From the IMG/VR virus record IMGVR_UViG_3300033752_000289: a stretch of 64,000 nt of DNA; one strand, 5' to 3'. The stretch comes from a virus. Below are positions 1 to 8,937 of the stretch, in pieces (positions within the stretch are counted from its first letter, which is position 1; each line of letters begins with the position of its first letter). Below the pieces are notes generated by a model. It saw only the letters and a program-made list of their open reading frames with translations. It searched no databases and was not told the origin of the DNA. The translations under genes were made by a program, and so were the position numbers.

Positions 1-828
1 GCGGCCGCGGCCGGTATCCCCTGCATGCTGCTCCACACCGACGGGGTTGGCCTGGACCCAGCGGCCCTGCTCGCGGCCGGCATCCAGTGGGTCGGGCTGT
101 CGACCGCTGCATCCACGAACACCGTCGCGACGCTGCTGGCCGCTGGGATGCGCGTCGTGATATGGACCATCGACCGTCAGGTAGCCCGAGACGAGGTGCT
201 GGCGGAAGGGGTACACGGGATGTTCACCCGGGAGCCTCAATACATCGGGCTTCCCCCATCTGTGTACCGGCGCACGAACCTGACGTTCGACGGTCAAACG
301 TGGCCACCTGGTTTCGTCCCTGGGTCGAGCGCCCCGGGCCGCGGCCAGTTCGTGCCACCAAACTGGTGGCAGACACCCCCCGCCGCCGCCGGGGGTGCCC
401 ATTGGCTGTGTGGGTGGCTTTCCCCTGTCCCGTCACCGACGGGCACCTACCAGGTGCAGGTAGACATTCGCGTCGACGCGAGTTCCGACACCACCAGCCA
501 TGCAGGTTTGATCGTCGCCGCCCCCACCGACGCATCCGGCAGCCTGTCCGGCTACATCGGCTTCCTTCGGGTCAACGGCCAGCTCGTCCTGCAGCGGCTG
601 ACCTCGGGATCGACCTCCTCGCTCGGAACCGCTTCGACGCCGGCGTTGTCCGTCGGTTCCACGGCGACCCTTCGGTTCACAGTGACCCCGACCTCGGTGA
701 CTCTAGAGCGCGTCGGCTCATCCTCGGTCGTCGGCAACGACGCCACGCACCGCGGCGGCTACGTATCGCTGTACGCCACTATTTCGGCCAGCAACCAGTT
801 CTCGTTCGCCAACATCACGGTCACCTAG
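1..828 (+). CDS. tail-associated protein, C-terminal part, glycerophosphodiesterase (GDPD)-like; 5' end outside window
   Basis: Frame open from nt 1 into ORF 25..828. VVIWTIDRQ..GVHGMFTREPQY resembles the end of a GDPD barrel. Ser/Thr-rich beta tail. Confidence 0.6.
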   Translation, partial: AAAAGIPCMLLHTDGVGLDPAALLAAGIQWVGLSTAASTNTVATLLAAGMRVVIWTIDRQVARDEVLAEGVHGMFTREPQYIGLPPSVYRRTNLTFDGQTWPPGFVPGSSAPGRGQFVPPNWWQTPPAAAGGAHWLCGWLSPVPSPTGTYQVQVDIRVDASSDTTSHAGLIVAAPTDASGSLSGYIGFLRVNGQLVLQRLTSGSTSSLGTASTPALSVGSTATLRFTVTPTSVTLERVGSSSVVGNDATHRGGYVSLYATISASNQFSFANITVT

Positions 829-838
829 GAGCGCCACC

Positions 839-3697
839 GTGCCCAGGTTTCTGTTCGGCGGTACACCCGCGCTCGTCACACGATCGCCGGCCGGCCCCGC
901 CATCCCGGGCGCCCGCGGCACCGCCTGGTCAGCCCAAACCGGCGGCGTCCGCTACACCGACCTGCTCGACGAGGAAGGCCGACCGATCCCCGACGGTGTG
1001 CTGATCTCCGACCGACAGGCCCGCCTCCGGTTTTTCGGCCCCAACAACGTTGACGAGTTGTGGGTGGACTTCGGCCGCGGCCGGCTCCTGGTCCACGCAA
1101 CTGGTCTTGCTGACCGGATCGACGCGATTGAAGACGCGCTACTGGTCGCGACCACCACAGCGCAGGACGTGACCGCCCGCCTGCAGACGCTTGAGGCATC
1201 CGCCGGGCAGCCCAACGGTCTGGCCACGTTGGACAGTGGTGGCAGAATTCCCGCCGAGCAGCTGCCGGCCGCGGTGCCGCCACGGCTCGCCGAGCTGTCC
1301 GATGTCTCCCCGGTGCCGCCACTCGACGGCACGTTGCTCGTCAACCCGGACGGGCAGCTGTGGCGGCCAGGGTTCCCTGGGCCAGAGTTCTACCCGGACG
1401 AGCTGCCCAAGGGCGTGGCCCTGCTCGACATCCGGCTCCCCGGCCAGATGCCCGGACCGTATCCGCAGACCCTCGCGTGGGCTGTATCAGCATCAATCCC
1501 GATCTGGGTCGACGTTATTCGCACGGGCGAAGGCATCCTCGTGCCCTCGGCCTTCCTCAGCCAGCTCAACCCGCACCTAGGGCTCTCGACCGACATCGCG
1601 AGCATCTACCAGTCGCCGCTGGCCACAGCGATCGGTCATCCCGCCGCGGCCGACCTCTCGTTCGGTACTTGGTCCACCGGGTACCCGGTCATCACGGTCG
1701 ACGAGATCCTGACCCAGGTGGACGGTCGCGTGCCGGTATTCCTGTTCGCCTCGAACACCGCCGACGTTCCCGCGATCGTTGAACTCGTTCTCCGCCACCG
1801 CGCCCAGGAATGGGTTGTGGTCGGTTCGATCGGCCTCGCCGGTGCCGCGGCCGCGGCCCAAGCCGGCATCCAGGCGATGGGGTACGCCTCGAGCCCCAAC
1901 CTCGGTGGCCACCGGCCGCCGCCGGCGATGGTGATTGCGACCGGGGCCCGATGGCTGCTGTTCGCCGCAGACAGCGCGTATCCGGAGCTCGCGGAACAGT
2001 ACGTCGCAGCGGACCTCCGTGTTCTCGTGCACGCCTTTGACCACGTGTCGCGGGACGAGTGGGGCGACGGGCCGTATGGCTGGATCACGTCCGAGCCGCT
2101 CTACCTAGGCGACCCCGGCCGGTACCGGACCGCCGCGAGCCCGTACCGTGGCCAGGCACCCTGGCCGGGCATGTTCGTCAAGCACGGGGTGGCGGATCGA
2201 GGGACGTTCCTGGCGCCGGATCGGTGGGTGGTGCCCCAGCTCTTGTCCGGCCCATTCGAAAGCTCCACCTGGGTCACCCAAGGCTGGGCCAACCCAATCC
2301 CCTACGACGTCGATGGCGCCGCCGAGATCCGCTGGACGTGGCGAGCCGAGTCGGTTGGCGACGCCTCCGGGTGGACGTGGACCGCGCACCTGTCCACTAC
2401 GGACCAATCCGCCGAGCTCAACGGGTACGAGGTTCGGCTGGCGTACCCGTCGGGAAAGCTATCGGTCCACCGGTGGGTCGATGGCGTCGTGACCGAGCTG
2501 GCTTCCGCCACCGTCCTGGGCTTGTTGCCCGGCCAGGACGTTCAGATGGAGCTGCACGTAGTGCTGAACGAGATCCACGTCCTGCGTAATGGCGTTAAAA
2601 CCCTCATCGTCGAAGACGACGACCTCCTGACCCAACCGCCGCGGTACCTTTCGTTCGGCCACGCCATCGGGCCCGGCCCAGGCCTAGAGGAGCCTGGCGG
2701 CCTCAAGCTACCCGGGGCGGTAGGCAGCTTCGCGTTTACCCCACACCACCCGGCCCTCACCACCCCCAACCGGTTCGGCGTCCGGGTGGAGATCACGCCC
2801 AACACATGGAGGCCGGCCAGCGAGCAGACGATCGCGGCCAAGTACATCGGCATCGGCCTTCGTCGCTCTTGGCGTCTGAGGCTTCAGTCCGATGGGCGGC
2901 TCCGGCTCGACGTCTCCAACGACGGGTTCTCAACAGAGAACTATGTGTCCACGATCGCGGCCGCGTCGCCGTCGGCTGGCCGTCTCTGCGTCGGCCTCGA
3001 CTGGGCTGGCCACGCCGGCTCCGTTTCGCGGTGCATCTACTACACCGCGCCGAGCATGGACGGCCCCTGGGTCGAGCTCGGTGACCCGCTGGAGGCGGCT
3101 GAGCTGACCATGCTCTCGTCGGACGCCCCCGTCGAGGTGGGGAGCCGGGAGGGTGGGACTCTCGAGATGTTCGCCGGCACCATCCACTCCTTCGAGCTCC
3201 GCGACGGCGGCTTCGACGGGGTGATCGTCGCCAAGGTCGACTTCTCCAGGCTCGCCCCTGGATTGACCACCTTCCTGGATGCCACTGGTCGCACGTGGAC
3301 GGTGCAAGGCTCGGCAAGGATCGTGCTGCCGCCAACCCATTTCGTGTCAGTCCGCGCCGCCGAGATCACCACCCACGAGGGTCCGATCGAGCCAGCCCTG
3401 TACGACGTGGACCGCTATGACAGCGACGGCCTCACCGTCGCAGCACCGTTCCAGGTCGGTGTCGACACCGCCCTACTCGTCAACGTGGACGCCCCGGCGC
3501 TCTGCCCCACCGACCCGGACGAGTTCCCGCTCGTCATCGCGGTCGCAGACTGGGAGCTCGAGGTCACCGCCATCACCGGCGCTTCCAGCCCGCAGGCGTT
3601 CACCATCTCGCAGACGCCGGTGGCTGGGCCGGCCACCGGCACGATCCCGGCCGGGGCGGAGATCCATCCAGCGAAGATCCCTAGGTACCTGCCTTGA
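839..3697 (+). CDS. large tail-fibre / minor-tail-like protein (952 aa) with a GDPD-like segment and a lectin-like C-terminal region
   Basis: Longest ORF in the region. GTG start 11 nt after the previous stop. N-terminal coiled-coil-like stretch, then GDPD-like motifs (VLVHAFDH, WITSEPLYLGDP). Confidence 0.65.
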   Translation: MPRFLFGGTPALVTRSPAGPAIPGARGTAWSAQTGGVRYTDLLDEEGRPIPDGVLISDRQARLRFFGPNNVDELWVDFGRGRLLVHATGLADRIDAIEDALLVATTTAQDVTARLQTLEASAGQPNGLATLDSGGRIPAEQLPAAVPPRLAELSDVSPVPPLDGTLLVNPDGQLWRPGFPGPEFYPDELPKGVALLDIRLPGQMPGPYPQTLAWAVSASIPIWVDVIRTGEGILVPSAFLSQLNPHLGLSTDIASIYQSPLATAIGHPAAADLSFGTWSTGYPVITVDEILTQVDGRVPVFLFASNTADVPAIVELVLRHRAQEWVVVGSIGLAGAAAAAQAGIQAMGYASSPNLGGHRPPPAMVIATGARWLLFAADSAYPELAEQYVAADLRVLVHAFDHVSRDEWGDGPYGWITSEPLYLGDPGRYRTAASPYRGQAPWPGMFVKHGVADRGTFLAPDRWVVPQLLSGPFESSTWVTQGWANPIPYDVDGAAEIRWTWRAESVGDASGWTWTAHLSTTDQSAELNGYEVRLAYPSGKLSVHRWVDGVVTELASATVLGLLPGQDVQMELHVVLNEIHVLRNGVKTLIVEDDDLLTQPPRYLSFGHAIGPGPGLEEPGGLKLPGAVGSFAFTPHHPALTTPNRFGVRVEITPNTWRPASEQTIAAKYIGIGLRRSWRLRLQSDGRLRLDVSNDGFSTENYVSTIAAASPSAGRLCVGLDWAGHAGSVSRCIYYTAPSMDGPWVELGDPLEAAELTMLSSDAPVEVGSREGGTLEMFAGTIHSFELRDGGFDGVIVAKVDFSRLAPGLTTFLDATGRTWTVQGSARIVLPPTHFVSVRAAEITTHEGPIEPALYDVDRYDSDGLTVAAPFQVGVDTALLVNVDAPALCPTDPDEFPLVIAVADWELEVTAITGASSPQAFTISQTPVAGPATGTIPAGAEIHPAKIPRYLP

Positions 3698-3779
3698 CTC
3701 GGATCTGACCCTGGGACGGTAACGCGCATCGCTCGGCACCATCCCGATCGACCTAAACTGCGATCGGGAGGTCTGTCCC

Positions 3780-4283
3780 GTGACACTGCCCGTCATGCCC
3801 CTCGGCAGGATTCGCGCCGAGCAGCATGTCATCAAGGTTCAGTCGTACACGCCGCAGCTGCTTGCCGAGAACACCAACCCAACGCTGGGTACCGATCCAC
3901 TAGTACGCGGCCGCTGGTGGCGTGACCCCATCACCGGACGGGTGTGGGGCGACTTCATTATTAAGTTCGGCACCGCGGGCACTTCTGCCGGTAACGGCAT
4001 ATACAGCGTCACCATGCCCACGGCGTTCGATGGCTTCGAGTCGACATCCGTTGGCCAGGCCGACATTCTGGGCTGGTTCAGCATCCGCGACGACTCCGCC
4101 TCGTCGGCGTCTCGCCGAGGGTACTTGACCCGCAACACCCAGGCCGGTGGCCCCGGCGGTGTGGCACTGGTCCACCTGTCAATCTTGGACGGAACGAACG
4201 TCCGAGTGGACCACCAGACACCATGGACGTGGGCCCCACGCGATGCGATCGCCGGCAAGTTTGACTACATGAGCCCGATCTAG
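3780..4283 (+). CDS. small beta-rich protein, paralog 1 of a duplicated family (ends ..GKFDYMSPI)
   Basis: 167-aa ORF that aligns along its full length with 4557..5057 (RWWRDPITGRVWG, GIY.VT.PT, DYMSPI). Confidence 0.7.
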   Translation: MTLPVMPLGRIRAEQHVIKVQSYTPQLLAENTNPTLGTDPLVRGRWWRDPITGRVWGDFIIKFGTAGTSAGNGIYSVTMPTAFDGFESTSVGQADILGWFSIRDDSASSASRRGYLTRNTQAGGPGGVALVHLSILDGTNVRVDHQTPWTWAPRDAIAGKFDYMSPI

Positions 4284-4331
4284 CGATCGGTGACGGTAGC
4301 TGTTACCGCCGCCTATGGTTGCGGGCATGGC
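4263..4331 (+). repeat. junction repeat J1 (3' end of paralog 1 + spacer + ATG)
   Basis: gactacatgagcccgatcta-gcgatcggtgacggtagctgtKaccgccgcctatggtKgcgggcATGgc. Near-identical to 5037-5106. Confidence 0.8.
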
Positions 4332-4485
4332 TCGCAACACGGTCAACGCAGGGCCCGGTGGGGTCGCTCTCGCATTCCTGTCTCTGTTCGACGGCACCGC
4401 CACGAACGTCACCCACGCCTACCCGTTTGCATGGACGAATGGCGATGCGGTCGCGGCCACGTTCTGCTATCCGGGCCCGCCCTGA
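4327..4485 (+). pseudogene. truncated third copy (C-terminal 52 aa) of the 3780/4557 family, fused to the ATG of the junction repeat
   Basis: My own translation is MARNTVNAGPGGVALAFLSLFDGTATNVTHAYPFAWTNGDAVAATFCYPGPP. It parallels LTRNTQAGGPGGVALVHLSILDG..WTWAPRDAIAGKF. Below the ORF-track size cutoff. Confidence 0.4.
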
Positions 4486-4556
4486 CGCCGCGACATTAGT
4501 CCGGACCGCTTGACAACATCCTCTATCCATTCCGCGGGAAGTCACGAAAGGCTGCC

Positions 4557-5057
4557 ATGACTCAGCCAGGCCCCCTCGGCAAGATCCGGGTCGAGCATCA
4601 CGCCATCCAGATGCAGACCTACCAGCCGCAGTTGCTGGCGTCGATCACTAACCCGTCGATCGGCGCTGGAAGCACGGGCGGGCGCTGGTGGCGTGACCCG
4701 ATCACAGGGAGAGTGTGGGGCGAGCTATACATCCTCTTCGGTCAAGGCGCCAATCCTGGCGACGGCATATACAGGGTGACCCTTCCCACGCCGGCAACCG
4801 GGTTCTTCTCCGGCGGATCGACCGGGCGAGCCGACATCTGGGGTCAGTTCACCGTCCGCGACGACTCCAACACAGGGGGGTCTGTGCTCGGCTTCCTGAC
4901 GCGCAACACGGGGAGCGGTGGCCCCGGTGGAGTCGCGGTGGCGGACCTGTCGCTCCTTGACGGCTCAGGAGCGGCATACATCCGCAACAACGTGCCCTTC
5001 CCGTTCGCCCCCGGGGACGCGATCGTCGGCAGGTTCGACTACATGAGCCCGATCTAA
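4557..5057 (+). CDS. small beta-rich protein, paralog 2 (ends ..GRFDYMSPI)
   Basis: 166-aa ORF, paralogous to 3780..4283. Confidence 0.7.
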   Translation: MTQPGPLGKIRVEHHAIQMQTYQPQLLASITNPSIGAGSTGGRWWRDPITGRVWGELYILFGQGANPGDGIYRVTLPTPATGFFSGGSTGRADIWGQFTVRDDSNTGGSVLGFLTRNTGSGGPGGVAVADLSLLDGSGAAYIRNNVPFPFAPGDAIVGRFDYMSPI

Positions 5058-5106
5058 GCGATCGGTGACGGTAGCTGTGACCGCCGCCTATGGTGGCGGG
5101 CATGGC
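5037..5106 (+). repeat. junction repeat J2
   Basis: Same about 70 nt, with 2 substitutions and 1 indel relative to J1. Supplies the ATG of 5102..5359. Confidence 0.8.
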
Positions 5107-5359
5107 CGGTGCGCACAGGAAACCACCGCGCCGGCGCCTCCCCACGGGCTTCCGATCCGTTCGAGATCTGGTGTCCTACCTCCTCGGTGCCGGCGTCCTG
5201 ATCTACGAGGTCGTCGTCACCGACGAGATGCGGTGGGGAGTCATCACCGTGGCGATGGTGCTCCTCGGCCTTCCGCTTGCCCTCGGCTCCGGTGACCCGG
5301 CCGGCCGTGAGCACCGCGAGGACGCAAGAGGAGGCGACCGCGCATCCTGGCGGGCATGA
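5102..5359 (+). CDS. small membrane protein, holin-like (2 predicted TM)
   Basis: The ATG is supplied by the second junction repeat. Hydrophobic stretches LVSYLLGAGVLIYEVVV and VITVAMVLLGLPLAL. Confidence 0.5.
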   Translation: MAGAHRKPPRRRLPTGFRSVRDLVSYLLGAGVLIYEVVVTDEMRWGVITVAMVLLGLPLALGSGDPAGREHREDARGGDRASWRA

Positions 5360-5790
5360 CTGACGTTCTCCTGTGGACAGACGCTCACTCGCTGGCGCTG
5401 GCGCTCGGCGTTGTCGCCTCCCTGCTCACCTCGCTCGTCACCAACGTCCACCCCGAGTGGTGGACGGGCTGGAAGAAGCAGCTCGCCGCGCTCGTCATCG
5501 CGGTGTGCACCGGCGTAGGCGACGCGATCGCCACCGGCCAGATCACCAACGGCATGCACTGGCTGACCGTGGTCGCCGTCGTCGTCGCCGTCTCCGAGGC
5601 GGCCTACCGAACCGTGCTGTCCCGCATCTCCGCGGCCGTGCAGAACCAGCAGAAGACGGTGGACGGCCAGGTCGTCGGTGCCGTGGTCGATACCCCCTAC
5701 CCGGACGGGCGTGCGGTGGGTGTGGCGTCGGTCAACACCAGCCACCCGGAGGGCTACCCGACGGCGGCTGCGGCCTCGTCCTCGCCCTAG
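5356..5790 (+). CDS. membrane protein, holin-like (3 predicted TM)
   Basis: ATGA overlap with the previous gene. Three hydrophobic helices followed by a hydrophilic tail. Confidence 0.55.
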   Translation: MTDVLLWTDAHSLALALGVVASLLTSLVTNVHPEWWTGWKKQLAALVIAVCTGVGDAIATGQITNGMHWLTVVAVVVAVSEAAYRTVLSRISAAVQNQQKTVDGQVVGAVVDTPYPDGRAVGVASVNTSHPEGYPTAAAASSSP

Positions 5791-6272
5791 GCCCGCTCCC
5801 GCTCCTCGCGGAGCAGCTGGAGGAACCGACGGGCATGCCCGGGGGTGAGCTGGACCAACGCGCGCATACTCACCGGCGAAGGGCGGGTATCCACCAGCGT
5901 CCGCCAGTCGTCCGCGTACTCCTCGGCGAGCCGCTGGAAGGCCAGCCGACGCAGGGAAGGCGGGCCTGCCTCGGTATCAGCCAGGCTGAGCAGCACGGCG
6001 CGCTCAGCCTTCGCCTGCTCGCGCCGGTGCCGCCACGCGGCGCGGTCCTTCTCGGGGGCGCCGTGACGGTCGCCGTGCCGATCCGCGTATCGGAGCACCT
6101 TCGCGATTGCCTTTTGCGTGCGGCGCCGAAGGGCTGGGTGCCGGAACAGCACGGCGAGATCGTCGGGCCGGCCGCGGTCAAGGTAGGCGATGAAGGCTTC
6201 CCGGTACTGGTCGTCCTCAGCCATGCCCAGGGCAGCAAGCCGGGCAGGATCTACCTCTACAGGCATGGGCAC
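5787..6272 (-). CDS. hypothetical protein (Arg/Glu-rich, helical)
   Basis: 161-aa ORF converging on 5356..5790. GTG at 6272 or ATG at 6266, preceded by GAGGGG. Confidence 0.55.
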   Translation of the reverse strand: MPMPVEVDPARLAALGMAEDDQYREAFIAYLDRGRPDDLAVLFRHPALRRRTQKAIAKVLRYADRHGDRHGAPEKDRAAWRHRREQAKAERAVLLSLADTEAGPPSLRRLAFQRLAEEYADDWRTLVDTRPSPVSMRALVQLTPGHARRFLQLLREERERA

Positions 6273-6279
6273 CCCCTCA

Positions 6280-6296
6280 GACGGTCGCTCAACGTC
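6280..6296 (-). promoter_or_regulatory. PH element, diverged copy
   Basis: On the minus strand: gacgttgagcgaccgtc, then GAGGGG and the start at 6272/6266. Confidence 0.4.
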
Positions 6297-6369
6297 ACAT
6301 CGGATGGTACCGGCCGGAGATCAGGGCGAGCCATTCGCCTCGCCCCGGGGAATCTTGCTACAGTCACTA

Positions 6370-6390
6370 CGACAGGTCTCAGACTTGTCG
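6370..6390. promoter_or_regulatory. 21-bp near-palindrome CGACAGGTCTcAGACTTGTCG
   Basis: One mismatched pair. Lies in the 437-bp divergent gap 6273-6709. Confidence 0.4.
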
Positions 6391-6570
6391 CAGCGAAAAG
6401 CATCCGCTGCCCTGGGTTAGGCGCCAACGCGGTCGGAGTGTACCTTCCGCCGGCCGGCCGGCTGTCTCTACAGCTGGTGTGCCAACCCTGGGGGCCCGGG
6501 TGCCTGTCCGGGGAGTGTTTCGCTCGCGCGTAGATCCGGACTAGCTGCTGCAGGTGAGACCTACGTGACG

Positions 6571-6593
6571 GGCCCGGTCCATCGGACCGGGCC
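6571..6593 (+). other. 10-bp GC hairpin followed by TTGATCATTT (orphan terminator-like structure)
   Basis: ggcccggtcc atc ggaccgggcc. No annotated gene lies upstream on the plus strand. Confidence 0.3.
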
Positions 6594-6667
6594 TTGATCA
6601 TTTCCTCGCTGTCGGCGGCCCGGAGTAGACTGCTGGTCGGACGCAAGGAGCGTCCGCGGCAGATCAT

Positions 6668-6686
6668 CGCCCGTGAGCGACGGGCG
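6668..6686 (+). promoter_or_regulatory. PH element, stem-swapped copy
   Basis: cgcccgtGAGCGacgggcg has the same loop but a different, still perfect, 7-bp stem. The recT ATG at 6710 follows. Confidence 0.5.
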
Positions 6687-6709
6687 CCACGCGAAGGGAC
6701 TAACCACCC

Positions 6710-7978
6710 ATGACTGCTGCTGTCGTTGACCCTGCCCACCTTCCCGACGACCCCGACGAGACCGGTGACGCTTCGGCTGGGGGTCAGGTCGTCGCGATCC
6801 GCCCCGACGTCACCCTCCACCGCGGGCCGTGGTCGGACCCCGACGGCACCATCCACATCCCCACGCCGGTCGCGGGCCTGATCCTGACCTTCACCCCGGA
6901 CCAGAAGACCCTCACCGAGGCGCAGATGTCGGTGCTCGGCCCGCTCGGCATCGAGGCCGACTGGGACCCTGCCGCCGTCAAGCTGTTCCTGGTCGCCGCC
7001 CTGGCGCAGGGCTTCAACCCGTGGCTCAACGAGATCTACTTGTTCCGGTACCGGGACCCGTTCGGCGGCGCGCGGTACGTGCGGCACGTCTCGATCCACA
7101 CCATGCGTGCCCGCTGCGAGCAGACCGGCGAGTACCGCGGCCAGCTGCCCCCGCAGTTCGCCGGCGAGGACGGTGTGTGGAGGGATGTCTGGACGGACCG
7201 TAACCGTGCCCCGCTCGCCTGCCGGGTCGGGGTCATGCGCGAGGCCAACGACCAGATCATCTACGGCGTCGTCTACTACGACGAGGTGGCCCCGACGGAG
7301 CCGATCTACGGCACCGGACCGGACGGCAAAGAACGGATCGAGATCGGCCGGAAGCCGGTGAAGATGTGGTTGCCCGGCGCGCAGGGCGGCAAGGCCTGCC
7401 TGATGCTCGCCAAGGTCGCCGAGGCGCTCGCGCTTCGGCAGGCGTTCCCACAGATCCTCAGCGGCGTTTTCACCCCGGAGGAGTTGGCCCGGCAGGCGGA
7501 GGAGGACCGTGCGGCGCGCGCCGCAGAGGCCGCGGAGAGGGCGCGCAAGCGGCGCGAGGAGGCCATGCTGGCGGCCCAGCAGGCGGCCGCCGCGCCACCG
7601 CCGGCCACTGCGCCGGCGGCCGCCGCCGAGGACCCGCTGCCGGACGCTCCGGCTGAGGTCGACCGGAAGGCACTGCTGCTGGACGAGCTCACCGCCCAGG
7701 CCCTCGTCATGAGCGTCGCGCGGGAGACCCTGGCGCATCGGCAGCTGAGCCTTCACGGCGTCGACGAGGTGGACCAGCTGAGCGAGGAGCAGCTGGCCGA
7801 GCTGGTGCAGACGGTCCGGCCCGCGGTGGTCAACCGGCTGCGGGTCGCCGGCCTGCACGAGGAGGCGGACGCCTACAGCACCGTGACGGCCCCGAACACG
7901 GTCCAGCTGCTGTTCGGCCGGTCGCTCGAGGAGCTCACGGAACTGCTCAACGCAGCCGAGGGCGCCGGCCAGGCGTGA
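6710..7978 (+). CDS. recT: RecT-family single-strand annealing recombinase with an Ala/Pro/Glu-rich C-terminal extension
   Basis: Motifs FNPWLNEIYL, GEYRG, CLMLAKVAEALALRQAFPQ are typical of RecT. An exonuclease gene lies downstream. Confidence 0.8.
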   Translation: MTAAVVDPAHLPDDPDETGDASAGGQVVAIRPDVTLHRGPWSDPDGTIHIPTPVAGLILTFTPDQKTLTEAQMSVLGPLGIEADWDPAAVKLFLVAALAQGFNPWLNEIYLFRYRDPFGGARYVRHVSIHTMRARCEQTGEYRGQLPPQFAGEDGVWRDVWTDRNRAPLACRVGVMREANDQIIYGVVYYDEVAPTEPIYGTGPDGKERIEIGRKPVKMWLPGAQGGKACLMLAKVAEALALRQAFPQILSGVFTPEELARQAEEDRAARAAEAAERARKRREEAMLAAQQAAAAPPPATAPAAAAEDPLPDAPAEVDRKALLLDELTAQALVMSVARETLAHRQLSLHGVDEVDQLSEEQLAELVQTVRPAVVNRLRVAGLHEEADAYSTVTAPNTVQLLFGRSLEELTELLNAAEGAGQA

Positions 7979-8068
7979 TCCTGGCACGGACGGTTGGGCC
8001 CGGGGTGGGCGTACAGCCACCCCGGGCCCAACCGCTTTCCGCCAAATCTGCTGCTAACTGCTACCAGA

Positions 8069-8097
8069 TTAGAAGATCATGTTTACACTTGTAATAC
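8069..8097 (+). promoter_or_regulatory. sigma70-like promoter TTAGAA-17 nt-TAATAC in an AT-rich island
   Basis: Spacing counted directly. The -10 box ends 9 nt before the GTG at 8107. Confidence 0.5.
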
Positions 8098-8106
8098 AGT
8101 GGTCGT

Positions 8107-8388
8107 GTGCCCGAGGAGCGATACCACTTCACCGAGGAGACCTTTGACCGGTTGGCCGAGGTCGAGGTCAGCCCCATTTCGGTGCTGCAGGTACTCCACG
8201 GCGGGAGGGTCGCCCGACGGCACATCGGCTCGGTCCTCCACATCGCCGGCCAGGACCGGGCCGGAACCTGGCTGGTGGTCGCCCTGATCGAGCAGGGGGA
8301 CGACGAGTACCTCGTCCTGTCCGCCCGGTACCTCGACCAGGAGGAGATCCAGGCCATCGCACGGATGAGGGGAGAGAGCCATGGGTAA
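8107..8388 (+). CDS. possible BrnT-like (DUF497-like) toxin
   Basis: 93-aa ORF. Its GTG lies 9 nt after a -10 box, so the mRNA would be near-leaderless. The C-terminal ..LVLSARYLDQEE.. resembles the BrnT ..IISAR..E.. end. Overlaps a downstream RHH gene. Confidence 0.4.
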   Translation: MPEERYHFTEETFDRLAEVEVSPISVLQVLHGGRVARRHIGSVLHIAGQDRAGTWLVVALIEQGDDEYLVLSARYLDQEEIQAIARMRGESHG

Positions 8389-8665
8389 GACGATGAGAGT
8401 GGCGGATCACCTCGAGTCACGCGACTGGTCCCGGGCGGTTCCCGACACCGGCCAGCCAGCCGAAACCGTCGTCATGTCGCTGCGGATGCCGGTCGCCTTG
8501 GCCGAGCGGATCTTCCGCGAGGCCGAGCGACGCCAGATGAAGCCCTCCGCGCTGATGCGGGAGATCCTCGACAGAGGCCTCACCGAGATTGACCAGTCCG
8601 CCACCGTGAGCGTCGCCGACCTACAGGCAGCGATCGCCCGCCTCGCCAAGCGCGAGGCGGCATAG
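8381..8665 (+). CDS. ribbon-helix-helix (CopG/BrnA-like) antitoxin-type protein
   Basis: The segment VVMSLRMPVALAERIFREAERRQMKPSALMREIL fits an RHH pattern. 8-nt overlap with 8107..8388. Confidence 0.55.
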   Translation: MGKTMRVADHLESRDWSRAVPDTGQPAETVVMSLRMPVALAERIFREAERRQMKPSALMREILDRGLTEIDQSATVSVADLQAAIARLAKREAA

Positions 8666-8701
8666 ACACCGCGGTTCGTTTCGCCAGCCTCGTAGACGTA
8701 A

Positions 8702-8734
8702 CAGAGCCCCACCCTGAGATGAGGTGGGGCTCTG
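8702..8734 (+). terminator. hairpin terminator after the RHH gene
   Basis: cagagccccacc-N9-ggtggggctctg. Confidence 0.5.
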
Positions 8735-8853
8735 TCGCCTTCATCCACGAGACCCTGAACCAGGATCTAAAGGAAGCTCCTTCAGCTTAGCGGCTGGCCA
8801 GTTCCGCGGCGCGCGCGACACGCCGACGCCCGCCGCGCAGGGGTCCGCGCAGT

Positions 8854-8883
8854 TTGCATAACTGTGACTAGCGCCCGTAGGAT
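8854..8883 (+). promoter_or_regulatory. sigma70-like promoter TTGCAT-18 nt-TAGGAT
   Basis: Upstream of the exonuclease-whiB operon. The spacer contains TGTGACTAG, which also occurs at 28455-28463. Confidence 0.5.
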
Positions 8884-8937
8884 GTGGGCGCGACGCAAAC
8901 CCAGGCCCGCACCTACGGTGCCGGCCTGGGTCGCGTA

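Noticed and set aside
3780-5106. Diversity-generating retroelement (template and variable repeat) as the explanation for the three related C-terminal segments.
   Set aside because: There is no reverse transcriptase in the window. Differences between the copies are spread over all bases and include indels, rather than adenine-specific substitutions.
6257-8020. 587-aa ORF on the minus strand opposite recT. Similar very long antisense ORFs occur at 8741..10129, 48572..50356, 57814..59319 and 60069..61469.
   Set aside because: These are Arg/Pro/Gly-rich low-complexity translations, typical of shadow ORFs in very GC-rich DNA. Each overlaps several well-supported sense genes with recognisable motifs.
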